Below are positions 10,937 through 17,964 of a DNA stretch of 64,000 nt, piece after piece (the first letter of the stretch is position 1; each line of letters begins with the position of its first letter). The notes below the pieces were generated by a model, which made no database searches, had not been told where the DNA came from, and saw only the letters and a program-made list of their open reading frames with translations. Origin of the DNA: Anaerolineae bacterium. Lineage in GTDB: Bacteria; Desulfobacterota; Desulfobacteria; Desulfobacterales; ETH-SRB1. The stretch lies in contig DATKWZ010000030.1 of NCBI GenBank assembly GCA_035529315.1, positions 67,825-131,824 of the forward strand. The letters run 5' to 3'. Both the position numbers and the translations under genes were made by a program.

Positions 10937-11071
10937 CACAATTCAGCACATCTTTAGAAAATATCCAAGTATCAACCGCCCGCTTTGCTCAAGACGCAAA
11001 GATCGCAGAGAAAATAAATAATTATCCTCATTAAATTAAGGTTCGCCTGATAAACAGCGTTGCCTGTCTTT

Positions 11072-11093
11072 GCTTTTTACGAATCCATCAAAG
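11072..11093. repeat. solo right end of MITE family 1
   Basis: GCTTTTTACGAATCCATCAAAG matches the right-end consensus GACTTTTTACGAA-NNNRTCAA(A)G. Confidence 0.5.
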
Positions 11094-11201
11094 ATAACTC
11101 ATCGAAAAGACGGCAAATTAAATTGACTTGCATGTTCACATGATATACAGTGTTTCAAATTAATTTTGGTATGTTTTTGAACCTCAAACAAGGAGGATCA
11201 T

Positions 11202-11231
11202 GTGACCTGTAACTGGATTACAAAAAAATAA
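11202..11231 (+). other. 9-codon micro-ORF (GTG ACC TGT AAC TGG ATT ACA AAA AAA TAA) behind AGGAGG
   Basis: AGGAGG at 11191-11196 sits 5 nt before the GTG. The same arrangement is found in copy A' (60879-60908, minus strand; peptide MNNNWITKK versus MTCNWITKK). Whether it is translated is unknown. Confidence 0.25.
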
Positions 11232-11275
11232 AGCCCCATTTCTTTTAGCAACATGAAGGATGGGGCTTTTTGCTT
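11230..11275 (+). terminator. intrinsic-terminator-like hairpin inside module A
   Basis: AAAGCCCCAT..(loop)..ATGGGGCTTTTT. There is an A-run on the 5' side and a T-run on the 3' side, so it could act on either strand. Confidence 0.5.
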
Positions 11276-11419
11276 CACAACCCTGGATCTGAACCTCGAA
11301 CTGAAAAAGAACTTAGCTGCCCTCTTCCTCTGCGATACAAGCTGATAAACTTGAGAAGCATTCCATAAACAGCCCATTACATCCCTCTTAAAACTGTATT
11401 AAATACAGCAATACGATAT

Positions 11420-11475
11420 TATAAAGAAAATATATAGCGTTAATATGCAGATTTTTTTCTGCTTAATACAATACG
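11420..11475 (+). repeat. repeat module C (copy 1), possible recombination/docking site ending in G|TTA
   Basis: TATAAAGAAAATATATAGCGTTAATATGCAGATTTTTTTCTGCTTAATACAATACG is about 95% identical to the reverse complement of 61221-61274. The homology stops right after GTTA in both copies. Confidence 0.7.
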
Positions 11476-11511
11476 TTATAGGGCATGAACACCAAAACTT
11501 AAGGAGATAAA

Positions 11512-12552
11512 ATGACCGAAGAAACTAAACCAAAAAAGGCCAAAAGACCCAGCTCACCCAAGGTTCCTAATTACCCAAGGTCATCTATAGAAAAAGCTTT
11601 AAGAATTCCCAAAGGTATCTTGGAACAAAATGCAGGAAAACCGTGCACAGATGAGGAAACTGCAACTTATGTTGGAGTAAAGTACAACAAAGGGCCATAT
11701 GCAGTTGAGATTAACACTGCAATTAAATATGGATTAATTGAGCGCCCTGAATCCGGAAAATTACGGTTAACTGATATAGCTCGAAAGATTCTAAAACCTC
11801 AAGAAAGCAATGATTATCTGTCAGGTGTACAAGAAGCCGCTATGAAAGCCCCTGTGATCTCTGACATTTATACTCACTATCGCGGTGAAAACCTTCCAGA
11901 TATGGAATTTTTTGATAACGCATTAACTGATAAATTTAAAATTCCACAATCAAAGTTGAGTGAGTTTAAATCAATTTTCTTTGACACATTAACATTTGCA
12001 AAACTCATTACAGAACACGAAGGAAAATATCGGGTTGTAAATGCGTTAGAAGATGAAGGCGCTGGTCAAGCTAAAGCAAATAAAACCTTTAAAAAACTAG
12101 AACGATCAGTAAAGGTTAAATCTGATGATTCTTGCTTTGTTATGATGCCATTTGCTAACCCACTTGGCAGCTATTATGAAAAAATATATAAAACCGCTAT
12201 TGAGAAGGCAGGTTTAAAACCTATTCGTGCTGATGATGAATTATTTGGTACAGGAAAAATAATTGATCAAATTTGGGCAGGTATAAATTCAGCAAAGATT
12301 CTAATTGCTGAGCTTACCAGTAGAAACCCTAATGTGTATTATGAACTTGGTATAGCACATGCTCTAAAAAAACCTGTTGTTCTAGTTTCATCGAACGAAG
12401 AAGATGTTCCCTTTGATTTAAATCATATTCGAGTTATCTATTACGATGTAAACGATCCTTTTTGGGGGCAGAAATTAATTGACAAGGTTGCAGAGAATAT
12501 TCTTTCTGCAATTAAAAATCCCGAAGAGGCTATTTTTGATACCAAGGAATAA
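11512..12552 (+). CDS. hypothetical protein: N-terminal winged-helix-like region + C-terminal nucleoside 2-deoxyribosyltransferase-like (NDT/TIR-like Rossmann) domain
   Basis: 346 aa, with AAGGAG 7 nt upstream. The C-terminal 150 aa (CFVMMPF..ADDELFGTGKIIDQIWAGINSAKILIAELTSRNPNVYYELGIAHALKKPVVLV) follow the NDT pattern, including the conserved Glu in ..YELG... Confidence 0.6.
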   Translation: MTEETKPKKAKRPSSPKVPNYPRSSIEKALRIPKGILEQNAGKPCTDEETATYVGVKYNKGPYAVEINTAIKYGLIERPESGKLRLTDIARKILKPQESNDYLSGVQEAAMKAPVISDIYTHYRGENLPDMEFFDNALTDKFKIPQSKLSEFKSIFFDTLTFAKLITEHEGKYRVVNALEDEGAGQAKANKTFKKLERSVKVKSDDSCFVMMPFANPLGSYYEKIYKTAIEKAGLKPIRADDELFGTGKIIDQIWAGINSAKILIAELTSRNPNVYYELGIAHALKKPVVLVSSNEEDVPFDLNHIRVIYYDVNDPFWGQKLIDKVAENILSAIKNPEEAIFDTKE

Positions 12553-12556
12553 AAGC

Positions 12557-12643
12557 GCCCTATAACCAGACGCTTGAGGCCGACCGCGTGATCTTCATCG
12601 CGAATAGAAAAGTCGTGCGCGGCGGCTCAGCTTCACGTTGTGC
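12557..12643 (+). other. attC-like imperfect palindrome (integron cassette recombination site)
   Basis: The site starts 5 nt after the CDS stop. The R''-like box GCCCTATAAC lies at 12557-12566. The L''-like box GCTTGAG (12572-12578) pairs with CTCAGC (12626-12631). The stem continues as CCG(A)CCGCG/CGCGGCGG, leaving an unpaired T, G and A on the '' arm. The site ends in GTTGTGC (12637-12643, GTTRRRY-like). The R'' box is the exact reverse complement of GTTATAGGGC at 11475-11484. Confidence 0.55.
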
Positions 12644-12684
12644 AGTAAGCAAAGAATCATATTTATAAGGAGGAAAAAGGGGTT

Positions 12685-12888
12685 ATGGCAATTACGATGA
12701 AAAGGCAACTCAATGCTGAGGAAAAAGAGATCATTATAAAACGGCATGGCAGGAATTGTTTTGCGACTGGCCACCCCATCCCTGAGACTGAAAATGTTCA
12801 CTTTGATCACATAAAAGCGCATGCACTCGGAGGTCAATCTGATCTCGACAACATCGCACCGAAGAAAAGGGGGCAAGTTTGCCTTTGA
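12685..12888 (+). pseudogene. HNH endonuclease, 3'-truncated at a MITE boundary
   Basis: AGGAGG is followed by an ATG. The sequence ..RNCFATGHPI..VHFDHIKAHALGGQSDLDNIAP.. is an HNH core. After DNIAP the frame runs into the repeat end GGGGGCAAGTTTGCCTTTGA and stops, so the distal Cys/His part is missing. Confidence 0.55.
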
Positions 12889-13026
12889 CCCATGAAAGAC
12901 AATAAGAGACAAAAACCTTAATAACAGAAGAGTTTCGAAGCTTATAAAATACGACAGGAAAATTAAAAAACAGATAGGGAAAATACAAGACAGCATTAAT
13001 AAGGGTCAAAGGCAGACTTGACCCCC
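12869..13026. repeat. MITE-like element, family 2 (module B, copy 1)
   Basis: The 22-bp inverted ends are GGGGGCAAGTTTGCCTTTGACC (12869-) and GGGTCAAAGGCAGACTTGACCCCC (-13026). The whole 158 bp matches the reverse complement of 61014-61168. A solo end lies at 21247-21264. Confidence 0.75.
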
Positions 13027-13106
13027 TTTTTTTAGCTCGTTCTGAAAATGATTTATTTATAAGGGGAAATGAAATACAATAAACATTATAAACTTGAGGA
13101 AAATCT

Positions 13107-13784
13107 ATGCCAAAAATCAAAGACTTACCAAAACATAAGCGGCCCCGAGAAAAGCTGTCGGAAAAGGGAGCGGAGAATGTAAGCGATGCCGAGTTATTGG
13201 CAATCCTGATTCGTATCGGGCGGGCCGGTAAAAGCGCTTTGGATATTGCTAAGGAAACTTTGAAAAAATATCCCTTATCAAAACTTTTGGCAGTTTCAAT
13301 AGATGATCTGAAAGGTATTAAGGGGCTGGAAGATACCAAAGCCATTACGATCAAGGCGGCTTTGGAGCTTGGCAGTCGCGCGGTTGGTTCCTTTAATAAT
13401 TCTCTTCCCATCCTCGATTCCGTAAGAGACACGGTTGCCCAGCTTGCCGATTTGCGCGGTAAGCAAAAAGAATATTTTATGGTGCTGTATCTCAATGCTC
13501 GCAAGCAACTCATTCATAAAGAAACTATTTCTATAGGCACATTGACGGAAACACTGGTGCATCCACGCGAAGTTTTTGAACCGGCTATACGCCACTTTAC
13601 TTCTTCCATCATATTGGCGCACAATCATCCATCAAAAAACACGGAAGTGTCTGATGAGGATATCAAGCTAACTGAAAAATTGATCCAATCGGGCACGATT
13701 CTCGATATTGAAGTACTTGACCATATCATCATCACCGATGACGGTTATATCAGTTTTAAGGAAAAAGGATTACTTTTTAAGTAA
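13107..13784 (+). CDS. radC: RadC-family JAB-domain protein
   Basis: 225 aa with the N-terminal KRPREKL..SDAELLAILIRIG and the JAB motif AHNHPSKNTEVSDEDIKLT. Confidence 0.85.
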   Translation: MPKIKDLPKHKRPREKLSEKGAENVSDAELLAILIRIGRAGKSALDIAKETLKKYPLSKLLAVSIDDLKGIKGLEDTKAITIKAALELGSRAVGSFNNSLPILDSVRDTVAQLADLRGKQKEYFMVLYLNARKQLIHKETISIGTLTETLVHPREVFEPAIRHFTSSIILAHNHPSKNTEVSDEDIKLTEKLIQSGTILDIEVLDHIIITDDGYISFKEKGLLFK

Positions 13785-13793
13785 AATAAAACC

Positions 13794-15884
13794 ATGTCAC
13801 AACTGGAAAATATAGAAGCAATAGAGAAAAGACTCTGGAGCGCGGCGGATACGCTCCGGGCAAATTCCAATTATGCAAGCAATGAATATTTTATGCCGGT
13901 AATGGGATTGGTTTTCTTGCGCCATGCCTACAGCCGGTATTTGGCGGTAAAAGATGAAATCATTGCCAGCCTGCCGATGCGCGGGGGCAAAACCCCGGCG
14001 TTGACAAAAAAGGATTTCAGCAAAAAATCCGCTATTTTTCTACAGCCCAAAGCTCAATTTGATTATCTCGTAGCTCTCAAAGACAGCGATGATCGCGCCA
14101 AGGCAGTTATTGATGCAATGGAATCAATTGAAGAAGATTATGACACTCTGCGCGGCGTGTTGCCCAAAAAAGAATATCGTGAATTGGATAATGAAATATT
14201 GGGCCAACTGCTGCGGGGGTTGAATCCTGAAGAACTTAAAAAAGTATCCGGCGATGTATTTGGAAGAATTTATGAATATTTTCTCACACAGTTCGCTGAT
14301 CAAAAAGCGCATGACGGCGGCGAGTTTTTTACGCCGGTATCCTTGGTAGCACTCATTGCCAATGTGCTGGAACCCAAAAAAGGAACAGTGCTGGATATAG
14401 CCTGCGGCAGCGGCGGGATGTTTGTTCAGAGTGCGCGTTTTGTAGAAAATCTGCACGAAAATCCAAACGATAAATTGAGCTTTTATGGTCTGGAGAAAAA
14501 CGCCACCACGATCAACCTGGCAAAAATGAATCTGGCGGTGCATGGCTTGGTGGGTGATATCAAAAAAGCGATTACCTACTATGAAGACCCGCATAATCTG
14601 TATAAGAAAGCCGACTTTTTGATGGCCAATCCGCCGTTTAATGTGGATGAAATTGATGCCGACAAAATCAAAAACGATCCCCGTTTGCCTTTTGGCCTGC
14701 CCGGAGTGAATAAGAAAGGCAAAGTCAGCAACGGCAACTATGTCTGGATCAGTTATTTTTACAGTTACTTGACCGAACAAGGCAGGGCTGGATTTGTAAT
14801 GTCGTCCCAGGCGTCAAGTGCAGGCAACACTGAAGCCAAAGTGCGGGAGAAGCTGATTGAGACCGGTCATGTGGATATCATGATCGCAATCCGATCAGGC
14901 TTTTTTTATACACGTACTGTTCCATGTGAGCTTTGGTTCTTTAATAAATCTAAACCGGAGAATCTAAAAGATAAGGTACTGATGATCGATGCGCGGAATG
15001 TTGCTCGTAAACTAAAGGGAAGCAGGAAAATTTGGGAATTTTCACCGGAGCAATTGCAAAATATTCTTTCCATCGTATGGCTTTATCGGGGTGAGACGAA
15101 GCGTTTTCATCACTTGGTAGTGAATTATATTTCCGCCACGATTAATGAAGCCGTGCAAAGCATCGCTCCGGCACGAGACTATGAAACTATTTTTACCAAA
15201 TTAAATAAAGAGATTCAACCATTTATGGCTACACTTGCTAAAGGCGGGAAACAAGCAGAAACAGTTAAAGAGTTAGCCGACTGTCTGAAAGACTACACCA
15301 GCGGAAGTCAGGCATTTGCCAAGTTGGCGCAAGAAAAAACCGCCTGGTGGAAAAAGCAAAATAAAGACACTATTAAACTTGCCGCAGCGCTCAAAGAATT
15401 GGAACCACTCGCAGAGGAAAACAATAAGCTAATTAAAGAAGCCGAACTGATGTATCGGCTCGCCAACCGTTTGATTGATGTGTGCCTCAATACCCACAAC
15501 TCCAAAGATAGCGACAAGTGGAATACGCGAGAAATTGCCATCCTCAAAAAACAAACCGAAGCGGCGCGCGACACAGCGGTAGAACAACTTAAATTAGCCC
15601 GCTATTTTCATCACCAAGCGCAGTGGCTCATCGAGCGATTCCCGGAAGGAAAACTCCGCGATGTGGAAGGGTTGGTGAAGCTGGTGGATAAAGCCGAACT
15701 GAAAGAAAACGACTGGAGCCTGACCCCGGGCAGGTATGTGGGCGTAGCACCGGAGGAGGAAGACCCGGATTTTGACTTTGGTGAAACCATGCGCACTATT
15801 CATACCGAGCTGGAAGGCCTGAACGCCCAAGCTGTCGATTTAGCAAAAAAAATTAGTGAAAATTTTAAGAAGATAGAGATATGA
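13794..15884 (+). CDS. hsdM: type I restriction-modification system, methyltransferase subunit
   Basis: 696 aa with the AdoMet motif VLDIACGSGGM and catalytic LMANPPFNV. A helical K/E/A-rich segment of about 190 aa precedes the conserved C-terminal ..NDWSLTPGRYVG. Confidence 0.9.
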   Translation: MSQLENIEAIEKRLWSAADTLRANSNYASNEYFMPVMGLVFLRHAYSRYLAVKDEIIASLPMRGGKTPALTKKDFSKKSAIFLQPKAQFDYLVALKDSDDRAKAVIDAMESIEEDYDTLRGVLPKKEYRELDNEILGQLLRGLNPEELKKVSGDVFGRIYEYFLTQFADQKAHDGGEFFTPVSLVALIANVLEPKKGTVLDIACGSGGMFVQSARFVENLHENPNDKLSFYGLEKNATTINLAKMNLAVHGLVGDIKKAITYYEDPHNLYKKADFLMANPPFNVDEIDADKIKNDPRLPFGLPGVNKKGKVSNGNYVWISYFYSYLTEQGRAGFVMSSQASSAGNTEAKVREKLIETGHVDIMIAIRSGFFYTRTVPCELWFFNKSKPENLKDKVLMIDARNVARKLKGSRKIWEFSPEQLQNILSIVWLYRGETKRFHHLVVNYISATINEAVQSIAPARDYETIFTKLNKEIQPFMATLAKGGKQAETVKELADCLKDYTSGSQAFAKLAQEKTAWWKKQNKDTIKLAAALKELEPLAEENNKLIKEAELMYRLANRLIDVCLNTHNSKDSDKWNTREIAILKKQTEAARDTAVEQLKLARYFHHQAQWLIERFPEGKLRDVEGLVKLVDKAELKENDWSLTPGRYVGVAPEEEDPDFDFGETMRTIHTELEGLNAQAVDLAKKISENFKKIEI

Positions 15885-17035
15885 AAACAAGTCAAAAATC
15901 GAAATTAGGTCATATTTGTACAATCAGAACAGGCAAGCTTGATTCTAATGCTGCTGTTGAAGGCGGCAAATACCCTTTTTTTACTTGTGCTCAAGAAACA
16001 TTCAGTATAGATAAATTCGCATTCGATACAGAGGCGGTGTTACTTGGAGGAAACAATGCTAATGGGATATTTCCACTAAAATATTATCAAGGGAAGTTTA
16101 ATGCGTATCAAAGGACTTACATTATAGAATCAAAAGATAGGAATAAAGTATTAAACAAATTTGTTTATTTCTCTCTTCGCCCCGTTTTAGAGTATTTCAA
16201 AAGTGCTTCAATAGGAGCTGCAACGCAGTATTTAACAAAACCGGTGCTGGACAATTTAAAAATTACTTTGCCAGATATTGACACTCAGCGAAGCATTATT
16301 GACATTGTATATGCCTACGACGACCTTATCTACACCAACCGCCGACGGATACAGCTTTTGGAAGAATCGGCGCGGCTATTATTCCGCGAGTGGTTTGTGT
16401 ATTTCCGCTTTCCGGGATATGGAAAAGTAAAGATAGTCGATGGCGTGCCGGATGGGTGGGAGAAAGAAAAGATAAATACCCTCGTTTCTCTTTTGGGAGG
16501 CCATGCATTTAAAGGCACATCATATCAACAAGAGGGTAAGTACGGAATTGTAACTATAAAAAATGTTCAGCAAGGCAGTTTTATTCCTCAATGCACTGAT
16601 TACTTGGACGACACCCCAAATGCAATGAGAAAACATTGTTTTTTATCTAATGGCGATATTTTAATGTCTCTTACGGGCAATGTTGGAAGAGTCTGTTTAG
16701 TATATGGTGAGAACTTTTTACTAAACCAACGCGTAGCAAAAATCGAATCGAAAAACAAATTACCTAAAAGCTATATTTATTGGATGTTTGATAGCCCAAC
16801 AATGCAAAAGAGAATTGAAAATTTATCTTATGGTTCCGCTCAGCAAAATTTGAGCCCCATTAAGCTTGGAGAGCAAAAGGTAATTCTTCCACCCGATCCA
16901 TTGCTTGAGTCGTTTGATGAAATATTTAGTTTGATAAATAGTGAGATAATCCAGCTATTAATTCAAAACCAAAAACTCGCCCAAGCCCGTGATTTGCTTT
17001 TGCCGCGGCTGATGAGCGGCGCGATTGAGGTATGA
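15881..17035 (+). CDS. hsdS: type I restriction-modification system, specificity subunit
   Basis: 384 aa. Two variable halves are separated by the conserved ..LLEESARLLFREWFVYFRFPG.., and the protein ends ..LAQARDLLLPRLMSG. The start overlaps the hsdM stop. Confidence 0.85.
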   Translation: MKTSQKSKLGHICTIRTGKLDSNAAVEGGKYPFFTCAQETFSIDKFAFDTEAVLLGGNNANGIFPLKYYQGKFNAYQRTYIIESKDRNKVLNKFVYFSLRPVLEYFKSASIGAATQYLTKPVLDNLKITLPDIDTQRSIIDIVYAYDDLIYTNRRRIQLLEESARLLFREWFVYFRFPGYGKVKIVDGVPDGWEKEKINTLVSLLGGHAFKGTSYQQEGKYGIVTIKNVQQGSFIPQCTDYLDDTPNAMRKHCFLSNGDILMSLTGNVGRVCLVYGENFLLNQRVAKIESKNKLPKSYIYWMFDSPTMQKRIENLSYGSAQQNLSPIKLGEQKVILPPDPLLESFDEIFSLINSEIIQLLIQNQKLAQARDLLLPRLMSGAIEV

Positions 17036-17085
17036 AATGATGAGCTGTGAACACTTGATATTATTTCTTTATTTTGGGGGAGGGT

Positions 17086-17961
17086 ATGTCGGATAAACAT
17101 TTGGTATCAATGGGAAGCAAGTCTTTTGAAGACCTGAAGAAAATAAATGAATATGGAGCGGAATATTGGAGCGCGCGGGAGATTCAGCCTCTTTTGGGAT
17201 ATACGCAATGGAGGAGATTTGAAGACGCCGTTAAAAGGGCAATAACATCTTGTAAAAATTCAGGGAATGAACCTCGCTATCACTTTGCCGGCGCCGGCAA
17301 ACCGATAGAGGGTGGAAAAGGTGCAGTGCAATTGGTTAATGACTACCATCTGTCCCGATTTGCCTGTTATTTGATTGCTCAGAATGGAGATCCTCGCAAA
17401 CCTGAAATCGCAAATGCTCAAAAATATTTTGCAATTCAGGCGCGCAGACAGGAAATTTCTGATGCCGTTACTGCCGATTTAGAACGGTTGGAGCTTCGCA
17501 AACAGACCGCTGAGGAGTTTAAAGCCCTGTCGGGCGCAGCGCGGGAAGCAGGGGTTCATGACAAGATGTTTGGTGTTTTTCATGATGCAGGATATAAAGG
17601 GATGTACGGTGGTATGGGGCGTGACGCCATTAAGCGATTTAAAAGGATACCCGAAAAAGAAAATCTGATGGACAGGATGGATACAACCGAACTTGCTGCA
17701 AACCAGTTCCGCATGACCCAGACGCGTGACAAGCTGGCGCGCGAACGGATAAGGGATCAACAGGCTGCCATACGAACCCATGAAAGTGTAGGCAAGGAGG
17801 TTAGAGACGCTATCAAACGTATCGGTGGAACACCTCCTGAGCATTTACCTCCTGCCGAACATATAAAGCTTGTCGAGAAAAGGGTAAAGGGTGTACCTCC
17901 AAAGCTGGAACTGGAAGAAAAAGACGCCAAAGGGCTGATCGGGCATTCGGAAGAGGAATGA
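17086..17961 (+). CDS. dinD: DNA-damage-inducible protein D-like (DinD/BRO-N-type) protein
   Basis: MSDKHLVSMGSKSFEDLKKINEYGAEYWSAREIQPLLGYTQWRRFEDAVKRA.. resembles DinD. ATG 17086 has GGGGGAGGG just upstream. The gene sits between hsdS and hsdR. Confidence 0.7.
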   Translation: MSDKHLVSMGSKSFEDLKKINEYGAEYWSAREIQPLLGYTQWRRFEDAVKRAITSCKNSGNEPRYHFAGAGKPIEGGKGAVQLVNDYHLSRFACYLIAQNGDPRKPEIANAQKYFAIQARRQEISDAVTADLERLELRKQTAEEFKALSGAAREAGVHDKMFGVFHDAGYKGMYGGMGRDAIKRFKRIPEKENLMDRMDTTELAANQFRMTQTRDKLARERIRDQQAAIRTHESVGKEVRDAIKRIGGTPPEHLPPAEHIKLVEKRVKGVPPKLELEEKDAKGLIGHSEEE

Positions 17962-17964
17962 GTT

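Larger units (their letters stand above)
11160..11366 (+). repeat. repeat module A (copy 1)
   Basis: About 205 bp, roughly 80-85% identical by eye to the reverse complement of 60750-60950. It contains an AGGAGG, a 9-codon ORF and a long hairpin with a T-run. Confidence 0.8.

Noticed and set aside
10792-11034. ORF 10792..11034 (+), 80 aa
   Set aside because: It is translated straight through tRNA-Gly and tRNA-Cys.
10937-11160. An integrase gene or tRNA-derived att direct repeats marking a classic integrative island
   Set aside because: No tyrosine or serine recombinase ORF lies anywhere in 10.9-22.8 kb. I could not find a copy of the tRNA-Cys 3' end at the far border.
11420-11481. Module C as a canonical attC
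   Set aside because: It has a GTTATAG box and an imperfect 12-bp stem (TTAATATGCAGA/TCTGCTTAATAC), but no upstream ..AAC box. It fits better as an attI-like or degenerate docking site, and its function is left open.
12734-13513. Long antisense ORFs from the track, for example 12734..13513 (-), 14124..14780 (-), 20197..20922 (-), 36738..37322 (+), 42270..42776 (+), 57129..57611 (-), 57883..58440 (+), 58667..59440 (+), 59522..59971 (+)
   Set aside because: Each lies opposite a gene with clear family motifs. They have no SD and low-complexity translations. The cluster at 57-60 kb is the usual artefact of GC-rich DNA.
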